DNA of 64,000 bases from Ascoidea asiatica JCM 7603 (taxonomy: Eukaryota; Fungi; Ascomycota), in assembly GCA_001600695.1 (NCBI GenBank), contig BCKQ01000006.1:17258-81257 (forward strand), given 5' to 3'. The translations under genes and the position numbers were made by a program. The notes under the pieces are model-generated. The model had not been told where the DNA came from and searched no databases. It saw only the letters and a program-made list of their open reading frames with translations. Every line of letters begins with the position of its first letter. The first letter of the stretch is position 1. This document shows, in pieces, positions 21,001-32,900 of the stretch.

Positions 21001-22713
21001 CTATTCAACACCAAGATAAGAAGCAACATGTTGAGCAGCAATTTTTCCAAATACAACACATTCTAAAAGTGAAGAACCACCTAATCTATTTGCACCATGA
21101 ACACCTCCAGAAACTTCACCAACTGCATATAAACCTTGGAATGGAATTTCATCTTTATTAATTTCTTTACTATCAATTGATAAAACTTCAGGATCCATGA
21201 GAACTCTTGCATTAGTATCAATCTTAACACCACCCATAGTAAAATGAACAACTGGAGTTAAAAAACCATAATAAATTATTGAATTTTGACCATTTGATAA
21301 ATCAAATGGTTTTTTTGAAAATAAAGTTCTACCAAATGGATCTTTTTCAACACCAATAATATATTTATTAATTTGTAATAATTGTTCTAATAATTTTGTA
21401 TTTGAATTTGAATAATTTAAAATTTTATTTAATTCATTAATTGTTGATTTAAATAATAAACCTCTTTTTAAATAAAAATCAAAATTCATTTTCATTTCAT
21501 TATATGAAGAATCATTTAAAATTATTAAAATTTTTTTATCAATTGGATCATTAATTTTTAATTTTTTAAAATTATTAAAAATTGAATCTGTTACTTTATC
21601 TCTTGTTAATAATTCATTTACAAATCTATCAAATTTTATATTAAATAATAAACCACCAACACCTCTTAAAGCTTCAGCAGCTAAAATTTTCCATTTATTT
21701 AAAGGATCTTTAATATCAATAAAACCAGTTGGATGAATTTGAATTTTATCCATATCAATTAATTTTGCACCAATTTTAGTTGCAATTTTTTGTCCATCAC
21801 CAGTTGTTTGTGGACCATTTGTTGAAGGTAAAGATAATAAATCTTTTCTATATTTTTTTAGTAAAGAATCTTTTGAATTAAAATCTGCAGAAAATCCACC
21901 AGTTGCTAAAATTACTGGACCAAATAAAGTTTTTTTAATAGTATTTTCATTTTCATTATTATTGATATCAGAATTAGTTTCATATTCAATACCAATAATT
22001 TTATTATTTAAATTTGAATCTTTTAAAATATTTGTTAATTTTGAATTTTTTAAAATTGTTAATTTATAAGTATTATCAATTGGTTTAAAATTTTCAATTT
22101 TTTTTTTTAAATTTGAAATTATTGCAAAACCTGGTGGTAAAGTTGAACCTCTATGAGTTCTTGGTTTTGAATGACCACCTAATTGAGAAATTGAATTTAA
22201 TTCAATATTCAAATCATTTGATAACCAATCAATTGCATTTTTAGAATTTGAAACTAAAGTTTTCATAAGATTTAAATTTAAATTTGAATCACCAGTTTTA
22301 AATTTTGAAGAATTTATTGTATCTTTTAAAAAAAGATCAAAAGAATCATCATTAATATTATTTAAATTAATTTGTTGAAATGTATTTATACCATTTATAC
22401 CACTTGAAGCTTTAATTGAATTACCACCAAAATTTGAATTTTTTTCAATCAAAGTTACAGAAATTTTTTTATTTAATAATTCAAAAGTTGTTGTTAAACC
22501 TGCTAAACCAGTACCAATTACAATTACATGTTTTTGAATTGGTAAAAGATTTGATAAATTTGATAATTTATTCATATTCATATTCATATTCATATTTATA
22601 TTTGAATAAAAGAAATTAAAGAAATTGAAAGAATTATTTGAATTGAAATAAAAATATATTAATAAAGATATTAAAGATAAAAATAAGAAATAAAATCTAG
22701 TTAAAGTTCTCAT
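21001..22713 (-). CDS. OSM1: Soluble fumarate reductase (Osm1/Frd1 flavoprotein) with an N-terminal signal/anchor
   Basis: VIVIGTGLAG FAD motif, GGNSIKASSGING, LGGHSKPRTHR, QIHPTGF, HFTMGGV and GEVSGGVHGANRLGGSSLLECVVFG. Confidence 0.92.
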   Translation of the reverse strand: MRTLTRFYFLFLSLISLLIYFYFNSNNSFNFFNFFYSNINMNMNMNMNKLSNLSNLLPIQKHVIVIGTGLAGLTTTFELLNKKISVTLIEKNSNFGGNSIKASSGINGINTFQQINLNNINDDSFDLFLKDTINSSKFKTGDSNLNLNLMKTLVSNSKNAIDWLSNDLNIELNSISQLGGHSKPRTHRGSTLPPGFAIISNLKKKIENFKPIDNTYKLTILKNSKLTNILKDSNLNNKIIGIEYETNSDINNNENENTIKKTLFGPVILATGGFSADFNSKDSLLKKYRKDLLSLPSTNGPQTTGDGQKIATKIGAKLIDMDKIQIHPTGFIDIKDPLNKWKILAAEALRGVGGLLFNIKFDRFVNELLTRDKVTDSIFNNFKKLKINDPIDKKILIILNDSSYNEMKMNFDFYLKRGLLFKSTINELNKILNYSNSNTKLLEQLLQINKYIIGVEKDPFGRTLFSKKPFDLSNGQNSIIYYGFLTPVVHFTMGGVKIDTNARVLMDPEVLSIDSKEINKDEIPFQGLYAVGEVSGGVHGANRLGGSSLLECVVFGKIAAQHVASYLGVE

Positions 22714-22718
22714 TGAAG

Positions 22719-22951
22719 TATATTTTTATATATTTATAATGAGTTAATTTACTAGTTTCACCTATATTAATTGATGTTTTTCTTATACATATATTTTTAT
22801 ATATTTATAATGAGTTAATTTACTAGTTTCACCTATATTAATTGATGTTTTTCTTATACATATATTTTTATATATTTATAATGAGTTAATTTACTAGTTT
22901 CACCTATATTAATTGATGTTTTTCTTATACATATATTTTTATATATTTATA
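22719..22951. repeat. Perfect tandem repeat, 71-bp unit x about 3.3
   Basis: GAGTTAATTTACTAGTTTCACC recurs at 22741, 22812 and 22883 (period 71); the units are identical. Confidence 0.95.
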
Positions 22952-23664
22952 TATTTTATATAAGATTGATTATGAGAAGAGTGATATTGAATAGAGTAAG
23001 AAAAGATAGTGAGAGTAAGAGTAAGATTGAAATTGAAATTGAAATTGAAAATGAGAATGAGATAGAATAAATTGAGAATTGAAATGTATTTAAGATGATG
23101 ATTAATAAGATATTATTTAATTATGAGATAGATACGACTGAAATGATTAATAATGATAGTAAATTGAAAAAAAAAAAAAATGACAATTTCATAACATAAG
23201 TTTTGGGATTTATAAGCGAATAAATGAATAAAATTGAATAATTTGAATAATTGAATAAATGTGTAGTTAGATTGAATTGAATAAATTGAATAAAAGAAAG
23301 GGTTTAAATAATGGATGATAGAATGATTAGAACACCTGTTTGGTGTTAAATAATCATTATTTAATATTTATCTTAAAGGTTAATATCATTTAATTTATTA
23401 TCCTTTATCAATCAATTGATTTCAATATCCTTTATTATTGAATATCCTTTAATTTTTAGACTTTTGAGTGGTGTTTTAATTAAAAGTTGGGCATTGTTCA
23501 TGTTTTCATGTTTTCATAGTTACAGTCAGTTAAATTAATGTTATGCGGATGACAAATGTGTTATGTAAGCATAAGTACTTTAGAGCAGATCACGTGGGTT
23601 GATATTTTCTGAAGTCCAGTTCTGTGGGTCTGGTTAAATACGGAAATAATTACTAGGAGATCAC

Positions 23665-23675
23665 GAGTTCGAATC
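23665..23675 (+). promoter_or_regulatory. Isolated TFIIIC B-box (GAGTTCGAATC) in a tRNA-like remnant
   Basis: Matches the B-box consensus and is preceded by GGTCTGGTTAAA (A-box-like), but no complete cloverleaf can be drawn. Confidence 0.5.
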
Positions 23676-23733
23676 TTGAATTAAATAATAATTAATTAAG
23701 GTAGTTGGTAGTTAATAAGTAAGTGATTATTGA

Positions 23734-24327
23734 TTATTGAAATTCTTGAGCTTTACCACCCATTAATAAACCAACAATTAAACCAAATAAACCAAGTACA
23801 GAACCAAAAATTTCAATAACTAAGATTTTAACAAATAAAGAAGAATCAGAAGCATCAGCAATTGCAGCAGTTGAACCAGTTATTCCCACACAAATTCCAC
23901 AAAATAAATTACTTAAACCAACAGTAATACCACCCCAAAATAAACTAAAACCAGTATATAAATTATTATTTGAAATAATAGAAGAAGAATTTGAAATATT
24001 TGTTAATTTTGAAATATAAACAATTGAAATAATTAAACCATAAATTGCAACAACTTCACAAAATATAATTGAAATTAAATTTTTTGTTGTTATTCTTGGA
24101 GCTTTTATACCTGCACCTAAAATTGTTGAACCTGTTATAAATATACCCCAAGCTGCTCCAATTACAGAAAATCCAATACATGATATTATACCTAAATTTG
24201 CCCACATATATGGTGAAGTTGATTCTAAGAATTTTCCAAAATTAAATTGTTCACCAGATCCTGTAAAAAGCATATAACATCCAATTACAGATAAACTGAA
24301 TAATGATATATAAGATAGGTAACCCAT
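23734..24327 (-). CDS. VMA16: V-ATPase V0 proteolipid subunit c''
   Basis: [43 protein letters not shown] and [13 protein letters not shown]. Confidence 0.97.
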   Translation of the reverse strand: MGYLSYISLFSLSVIGCYMLFTGSGEQFNFGKFLESTSPYMWANLGIISCIGFSVIGAAWGIFITGSTILGAGIKAPRITTKNLISIIFCEVVAIYGLIISIVYISKLTNISNSSSIISNNNLYTGFSLFWGGITVGLSNLFCGICVGITGSTAAIADASDSSLFVKILVIEIFGSVLGLFGLIVGLLMGGKAQEFQ

Positions 24328-25058
24328 TGTTTATTTATTGTTAATTTATTGTTATTATTGTTATTATGTTTTTATTATGTATAGCAATTGGATATAATTA
24401 TTATATATTCATATATTATTACAATATTATATAATATGAATATATTTTATATATTTATTTATTTATTTATTATTCGGTTGTATATATTATATTAGCAGCC
24501 ATTTTATTTTTTTGCGATTTAACATAGTTAAAAACCTATCTAAATGCCATATTGTTATTATTCACTACTGGAACTTCAATTTTCAAAGAATTCTGAAGTG
24601 ATGGATTTCAAACCGAAAAAAAAGTCAAGTATCACATGATAGTCAAGCACTTCCGGGAATATCAGCTCGGAAATTAAAATCCAAATGATAAAACATAGTC
24701 ACATGGAATTCCACGTGATATCCCGGCCTAAATGCAGTCCGGCGGATAAAGCGGAACGCGTCTGTTTGTTTTATCAGTTTTATCTGGCTCATGTGGGAGT
24801 GGAAAGGCAGAAAGCAGAAAGAAGAGAGAAGAAGACTGAATGAGGGTGTTGCAGTCTCCGTGTTGAGCACTCCTTCCTGATAACTTTCTTCCTCAGTATT
24901 TCCTTCGTTTTGCTTAAATATTCATTGTTTTCCTGTAATTCGATTCTTTATTCTTCTTCTTCTTATTCTTTTATCTTTTATCTTTTATCTTAATTCTATT
25001 ATAATTTAATCCTGATTTAATTTCATTATACAATTCTACTGATAATTTATTAGTAAAA

Positions 25059-25226
25059 ATGGATTCTTCAAAAGTTGTTGCTATTATTTTAGCTATTCTT
25101 TTACCACCATTAGCAGTTTATTTACAAAGAGATTGTGGTAAAGATTTATTAATTAATGTTATTTTATGTTGTTTTGCTTGGTTTCCAGGTATTTTACATG
25201 CTTTATATATAGCTTTTCAAAGTTAA
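25059..25226 (+). CDS. PMP3: Plasma-membrane proteolipid Pmp3 (UPF0057), 55 aa; absent from the ORF track
   Basis: MDSSKVVAIILAILLPPLAVYLQRDCGKDLLINVILCCFAWFPGILHALYIAFQS*, with the LPPLAV and PGILHALY family motifs. Confidence 0.95.
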   Translation: MDSSKVVAIILAILLPPLAVYLQRDCGKDLLINVILCCFAWFPGILHALYIAFQS

Positions 25227-26245
25227 ATATTATAATATATAATTCTCAATAATCAATAATCAATAATTAATAATTAATAATAAATTATATACTTATAATA
25301 TCATGATAATCTTACAATTCTTATCTTCTTCTACTTCTTCGATTTAATTCTAATTCTAATTCTAATTCTAACTGATTCTAATTTTAATTTTAATTCAATT
25401 TAATAATAATTCAATTCTTATTCATCTTCTTATTCTTATTATATCAATTGCTGTAGTAATATTTCTCATTTTGTTAGTATTATTAGTCTCAATTACAACA
25501 TTCACCCGTAAAAAAAACAATAACAATCGCTAGTGTTAACGTTATCGTAATTATTATTTAAGCACGCCTTCATACCTTTCGTTATCATTCACTCAAGATC
25601 CACAAAACTGGTTTCATTTTCAGTTTTTTAAATTATTTTCGAAACACCTTTTTAAATCTTCTTTTTAAATCTTCTTTTTTTATCTCGATTGAATAAATAT
25701 TGATAAAGAAGATGATTATTATAATGTAAAATAATAGTTAATGACAAGAGAAATGATCCTAAATTAGATCAATCACATTCATACTTAATCAACAAGAAAT
25801 TATCAACTTCTTAATCATCATCATACTTAACCGCCGATAAAAAACTGAATTATAAATATCAAAATTAACATTTATTATAACTTCATTAAAATTATATATA
25901 TATATATCTATATATATATATAGAGAGAGAGAAAAAAAAATGGATTAAATAAAGGAGATTAATAATTAATCAAGAAATTTTATTATATAAATATTTTAAT
26001 AAAAATTCATTATGATTTTGAAATTTGAAAAAAATTATATGAAGCTTAATTCAAAAAGTTAAACATTTAAAACTTTCTTAAACTTAATATAATTCAATAG
26101 GTTATGAATTTGATAAAAAAAAATACAACTGAATTAAAATAATAAAAATCATTAAAATATGCTGAATAAAATATGCCTGAAAAAATATACAATTTAAAAT
26201 TTAAAATTTAAAATTCAATAATAGAAAATTTAAAAATTTCTATCT

Positions 26246-27988
26246 TCATTCTAATACAAATGCATATTTAGATTTTGTTCTAATTCTTTTACCATATTTA
26301 TAAAATAAAAATGGTACTGGTGTCATTAAAAATCCAAATAATCCTAATAATAATCCTGCCCAATTTATACCCATATCATTAAACATATATGCTGAAAATA
26401 ATGGAAATGCACATCCAAATCCAGATCTTAAAAATGTATTAGCTGCTAATGCTGATGCTGCAAATATTAAATATGAATCAACAATATAATTCATTGCTGG
26501 CATAAATATTGTTGAAGTTGCAAATCCAGTTACAACTCCACTTGCTGTTGGTGCCATCCAATGAATCTTATCTGGATAATTACCTGTCCAACAAAACCAA
26601 AGTATACCAATTGGAAATGCAATTCCACCAACCATCATTGGTTTTAATCTTGCTTCTGGTACTGGTTTACCATTATTTTTCTTAACTTGTTTTACATAAT
26701 CTTTTTCACAATATAAACAATAATAACTACCTGCAAATTGTCCAATACATAATCCAATCATTGGTAAATATCCATTACCACCTGGCATTAAATATCCTTC
26801 ACTAAAAACAATTGGATATGCTGTTAAAAACATATAAATAACTCCATAAATAAATGCTGTATAAATTGAAAGTAATAAAATTATTGGTTCTGTGAATAAT
26901 AATTTCATTGGTCTTGTTATTGTTGTTTCACAAATTTCTTTAAAACTTAATCTCATTTCTTCATGTGCTGCTCTTATACCCCAATTACCTGTTCTTCTTC
27001 TTAATTTTTCTGCTTTTTCAACTAAAATTAATGGATGATGAGTTTCATCCATAAATAATATAACTGTAATTAAATTAAAACTTGCAATAATTCCAATTAA
27101 ATATTGTGTCCATCTCCATCCAAGATAACTATCTGCAATATATGCTCCAAAAATTGGTGCAAATGATGGTCCAATACTAACTGCCATTGAAAATATAACA
27201 ATTGCTGTACCTCTAGTTTCATTACCAAATAAATCTGCAAATGCTGCTGCAACAACAACAATTGGTGCTGATCCAATACAACCTGCAAAAAATCTACAAA
27301 TTAAAACTGTTTGTAAATTTGCTCCAGTTGCACAACCAAAAATAAATGCTGTAAATCCAATACTTGAAATTACCAACGGAATTTTTCTACCATATAATTC
27401 TGAAATTGGTGCCCAAAATGTTGGACCTGTTGCAAAACCTAAAACATATAATGATGTACCTAATGTTATAACAACTGCTGATACTTTAAATTCACTCATT
27501 AATTGATATGTACCTGATGCAAAAATACCTGAACCCATTGCAATACACATTGTATTAAAACCTAAAACTAAACATATTATAAGCTTCTTTTTAAAAGCCC
27601 AATTATGAGGATGTAAAGGATCATCAGGTCCATCATATGTTACTGTATATTCATCTTTATCAGGTAATTCTGGTGGATATGGTCTACTACCACCCATTGG
27701 TGGTAATGGTGAAGTATCTTTTTTTGATAAAGCTGCTAATGAATCACCACCTGTTAAAACTCTTGATAATTTTCTTGTCATATCAGTTTGAGATTCAGCT
27801 TGAGATTCATTATCAGCAACACTTTTTGTTCTTTGTAATTCTAAATCTGGATTTGGGTCATTTCCTGCGATAAATGGTTCTGGTGTTACTTCTTTATCTT
27901 CAAAGCTTTGAGTTGAAGCATTACTTGATTTTGGAGTATGACCAGATTCTGGAGTTACATCTGTTTTTTTTTCAGGATCTGAACTCAT
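26246..27988 (-). CDS. TPO1: MFS drug:H+ antiporter (DHA1), polyamine transporter Tpo1-like
   Basis: PPMGGSRPYPP, YDGPDDPLHPHNW, PISELYGRK, LGWRWT and PEARL motifs; about 12 TM helices. Confidence 0.85.
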   Translation of the reverse strand: MSSDPEKKTDVTPESGHTPKSSNASTQSFEDKEVTPEPFIAGNDPNPDLELQRTKSVADNESQAESQTDMTRKLSRVLTGGDSLAALSKKDTSPLPPMGGSRPYPPELPDKDEYTVTYDGPDDPLHPHNWAFKKKLIICLVLGFNTMCIAMGSGIFASGTYQLMSEFKVSAVVITLGTSLYVLGFATGPTFWAPISELYGRKIPLVISSIGFTAFIFGCATGANLQTVLICRFFAGCIGSAPIVVVAAAFADLFGNETRGTAIVIFSMAVSIGPSFAPIFGAYIADSYLGWRWTQYLIGIIASFNLITVILFMDETHHPLILVEKAEKLRRRTGNWGIRAAHEEMRLSFKEICETTITRPMKLLFTEPIILLLSIYTAFIYGVIYMFLTAYPIVFSEGYLMPGGNGYLPMIGLCIGQFAGSYYCLYCEKDYVKQVKKNNGKPVPEARLKPMMVGGIAFPIGILWFCWTGNYPDKIHWMAPTASGVVTGFATSTIFMPAMNYIVDSYLIFAASALAANTFLRSGFGCAFPLFSAYMFNDMGINWAGLLLGLFGFLMTPVPFLFYKYGKRIRTKSKYAFVLE

Positions 27989-29127
27989 ACCCTTTTAATT
28001 ATTATTCCTACTATTTCGCTCAAATAAAATTTAAAAATATAAAAATATAATATAATATAATATAATACAATATAAAATAATGTTAGATAAATGATTTACT
28101 AAAAAGTATAAAACAAAGTATCATAAGTAAAATCAATTCAAAGATAATCTTTAATGATTATTGAAAAATAAAAAGAAATTTGCAAAAGAAATATGAAAAC
28201 AATTAAAAAAAATAGTAGAAGATATATCCATTATTTATATATTCAAAGTTAAGTAAAGAAATTTTGAATAATGATAAACAATTTGTTTTTAAAATTATTT
28301 TCTTTTTTTTCTAAGATATGAGATATGAGATATGGCAAATTATAAACAAAAAATGAATAATTAAATAATAAATTAAAAATGAAAAATGAGATATGAGAAA
28401 TGAGATATGGCTTCAAATAATAAATTTTATGTAAATAGGATACGAAATCGCCTTATTCTTTCTCCAAGATTCTAATAAAAAGCATATGTTGAGGACAAAC
28501 CTAAATGAATCTGAATGAATTTAAATTTATTTATTTAGTTTCTTTCTTTAAAGATGAAGGTTTAAGTCAATTGATAACTTCTTCAAAGTAATGATAGAGT
28601 GGCTTCTTAGGCTCAATGCGAAAATAGGAAATTTATCAATAACTTGTTTATTGATTATTCTCTTATAAACCTGAATAAGTTAATAGATGAAATAAAATGA
28701 ATTAAAAAAAGAATTAAAAATCAAGAGACTAATGAAGGAGATCATTCATTCACTACCAAATCTATTAGAATACACCTAAATATGTAACTTCTTTGGGGAA
28801 TCTTTACAAAAAAAGAAGAGGAGTTATTAAACTTATTTCTTTTCAAATAATGGTTGACCTTGTTAGTACTTTTCCCACAATTGTATATACTTTATATTAT
28901 CCACTAATTTTTCGATCACTTTCCAATATTTTGTTAGTTAAATTTCAATAATTCAATTGTAAAATGACAGTAATTTCATGCCAATTCAACACTTCTTTTT
29001 TTAATAGACAATGAGTCCTAAATCTATTCAAGATAGCCATAGAATATGTCTGCTAATTTAAAGGGAAGTATTCAAGATTTGAATTCTAAAAATATTAGAA
29101 AAATAACCGGTTAAATGAACGCGCCTT

Positions 29128-29149
29128 GTCACAAAAATCAGCCACAAAT
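29128..29149 (+). promoter_or_regulatory. Two adjacent Ndt80/Sum1 MSE-type sites in a GC-rich island upstream of TPO1
   Basis: GTCACAAAA (29128-29136) and GCCACAAAT (29141-29149) both fit GNCRCAAAW. Confidence 0.45.
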
Positions 29150-29982
29150 TACTTAAATAGGCTCATCCGAAGGTTCGAGGTGAGTTTTGGAACCCGCAGA
29201 TTTGTTGCCAGCAGACCCTTGTCACGCAAAACCGTAGCCAGTCCTGAGGGACACACCCCAAAAAACAGAGCTTATGCGCTTGCAGGCTCGGTAGATAGAA
29301 GTACTTCCAATTCCCCGTCTGTTCGGGTTCTCGCCCCAGACCAGGCCAGCAATAAGGAACATCAGGTCGAGAAGGCTCGCTAGTCCGGGACACGGCCCGT
29401 ACTGAATGTCACAAGCTTACATTTTCTGGTGCAAGATGACTCCAGGATAACTCCACTAAAAACTAAAAATGGAGTCACACTCGATTTTATCATTAAAACA
29501 ACTTCTGAATAACGATATAAATGGTGATTTCTATGATAAAACAACGAATTGATAAATTTACAATAAAAATACAGTAATAATTATATGGATGATGATAATT
29601 ACGAAGTGTAACTGCCGAAGAAAAAATCAAAAAGTAATGGATCCTCATGTCGGAAAACATTCAAAATAGGCTTGACTTCACAAATGCAAAAGTATGATGG
29701 TATGGGGTTAGACTTAACCTTTAAAATTGATTTAACTTCAGAAGAATATTATCTGTCAACGTTCCAAAAATATTCTTTTTGAAATCAAAATGTTTATATT
29801 TCTTAAATAATAAATGCCTATTGATATTTGAAATACGATAACATTGAAGGCTAAAAGTTCTTTCATAAACAAAATAAATATCTTTGAGAGAAAAGGAGTT
29901 CATAAATTCAAAAAAAAAATCAAAAAAAAAACAGTTTAAGAATATTAAATGTGATTAAGACTAATTAGAAATCCAATGCAAT

Positions 29983-32900
29983 TTAAAAGTCTGATTCATA
30001 AAGCCTCATAACTTCTTCATCGAAATCACTTAAATCTTCATAATCTTCATTTGCTAGATTTCCTTCTCTTTCTTTATTCCTTAATGTTTCCATAGATTCA
30101 ATATTCATTCTTAATGTTCTATCTTGTTCATATGGATAATCATAATCATAACCATTTCCATTTCTATTATCATAATTTCCATTATTGAATCCATTATTTA
30201 TTCCAGAACTTGTTCCAAGATTATATTTTCCTCCAAAAACATTTGAATTATCAAAACTATTATTGTTATGAGTATTATTAAATCTACTATTAATAAAATC
30301 TCCAAGTCTGAAATTAAAGTCTAAGCCTTCATTATCAAAGCCTCTATGTTTACCATGATTATCATTATTATTATAATAAGTATTTTCTAAACTTAAGTCT
30401 CTATCTATACCCAGACTTATTCCCGTTTTCGCTGTAGATACTGAACTTTCAAAAAAGCTAGTTTTCTTTTTATTCTTTTGATTGAATTCAAATTCATTTT
30501 TACCTTTTAAATTATTTCCAAACTTTAAAAAAGTTTCTTCAAAATGTGATTTTGAACTATTTGTAGGCGAATTAAAATCATCCACAGTTAAATATTCAAT
30601 TTTATATTTTTCCCAATTTACTTTTCTATGATTTTTTAGATAATAATCTTTGAACATAGGATCTTTCTCAAAATTATGTTCATAATATTCATTATTTTCT
30701 GTATTATTGATATAATTACTACCATTTTGTAATTGAAAATTTTCATCAACATTTTCTTCATGATCTGAACTATCAAATGATGAAGAAATATAATCTGATT
30801 CACTGTATTCTTCATCTCTAGAAAACATTTCTTCATTTTCATCTTTGATATTATTATAATAAACATAACTAGCATCCGCATTAGATAAAGCATATAATCT
30901 ATTATATAAATCAAGATCTGATTGACAAATTTTAAAATTTGAACAATTATCTGACAATGAATTATATTCTCTTTTCAAAGTTGAATAATAATTATCAAAA
31001 TCTAAATCTGGATTTATTTTACAATCTTTATTATTATCATCATTAACTAATTTTATTTTTTTATTTTTAAATTTCATCATATGATTTTTTCCTTTATTTT
31101 CTTTTTTAAATAAGTTTTCATTCTTATCAATCATATTATTATAATTTTTAATTAGATATCTTGATAGATTTTTATTATAGTTTGCAATATCATTATAATA
31201 AATTATTTCCTTAAGAGAGATTCTAGGATTAATTTTATATTTCACTTTTAAATCATTCTTAAATTCAGAAAGAAAATTATTAGACTTATTTTTATTTTTT
31301 GAAAAATTATTTAAATTCTTTGCTTCATCTTTGATTTTTTTATTTCCTTTTAAAGTATTTATATCTCCTGATTTCAAACTAATATCATTTGATTTCTTCA
31401 TACCTATAATTTTCGAAGTTCTTTTATTATCTTTTTCTTCAAAATCATTTTCTAATTCATCAAACAGAATAAATTCATCTTTTTTCTCATGAAGTTTTTC
31501 TTCAATTTCCTGCTCGTCTCCAATTAAAAATTTTTCATCATCTTCAAATATTTCATTAACCTGTTTTTGATATTTATTCAATCTTGAAATTAATTTTTTT
31601 AGCCATTCTTTGCCTAACTTTTTATTTTCAAGTTCAAACCTCTCACTTTCTTTGTCATAATTAAGATAATGAAATTTGAATTGAAAAGAGTTAGTTTTCT
31701 CTCTTCCTAAATCATTTGAATTAATTAAATAACTATAATTTGTTCCAAAATCAAAATATATGTTTTCTTCCATACTTGTTTCTTCCAATATTTCATCAAG
31801 CGTACTCGATTCTAAGATAGACGAACTTCTTTTTTTTGTGTTATCATCATCCATATCATCATCATCATCATCACTAAAGGATGACTCAGAACTAGAAGAA
31901 AATTCCATATGTAATGGTTCTGATAATTCTCTTTCCGACCCTCTATATAAACGTTCGCATAATTCTTTATTTGCTTTAACTAACATATCTAATTGATCTT
32001 TTGCTAATGCTAATTCATTTCTATCATTTTTTCGGCTTTCATTGATGACGTCTTTAACATCTTTATCATCATATATATCAATAACAGACATATGATTTCC
32101 AAATAATTGACTTTTTTGATGGTTTAAAAACTTTTCAAATATTTTCTCTTTTTTCAGTCCGTAATATTCTTTGAATTTTTGATTTATGAAGCCAGGTTTT
32201 CTTGATTCAAAAGGATCTTTGTAATATTTGTAGGCTTCTGCAGGTGAAATTTTGTACTTATTATTATCATTTGAGTTGTTTTTCTGATCATTTGCAGAAT
32301 CTTCTTTGATAGAACTTAATCCCATATTAGAATGAATAGGGCTGTTCTGATTAGAATTTTCATAATTTTCTTTCAAAAACTCATGATGAATTTTTTCTAT
32401 ATCTATTGGAACTGAACTTTTCATAGTTGTTTCAAATAGATTATTAAAACAAGTCAATTCTTTTGGGAGATAATATTCATTCCAATAACTATCTAAAGAA
32501 ACTCTTGGATATGGGACTAATTTCTCCACAGAATAGTTCTCTTGGATATATTTTGTAACCAAATCTAACTTTGAGTCGATATCTTCAATATCATTTCGAG
32601 CCTTTGAAATTACTTCATTTAGGATATTAATTGTTCGAGCATAAACAGTATCTCGAGTTGTTACTGTTGAAGAAGATAATAACGAAGTACATTCTTCTTT
32701 TTCTTTTTCTTTTTCAATTTGATCTTTCAGCTTAATTTGACTTAAAACTGTTGGATGTCTTTTTTTAATAACTTCACCCCTTGTAGTTATGGTTAAGTCA
32801 CTCAATATTTCCTCTACTTCTTTTTTAATTTCATCGATATGTTCAATTTCATTTTCATTAAAATAGCTTACTGGAGGGTATTTTAATTGATTCCAATAAA

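Noticed and set aside
22719-22951. Regular repeat considered as a CRISPR-like array
   Set aside because: The units are identical head-to-tail with no spacers, and the genome is eukaryotic.
29126-29393. Short overlapping ORFs in GC-rich islands (also 17614-17928, 24643-24870, 52120-52584)
   Set aside because: Mostly non-ATG starts, atypical codon use and no motifs; expected by-products of locally high GC.
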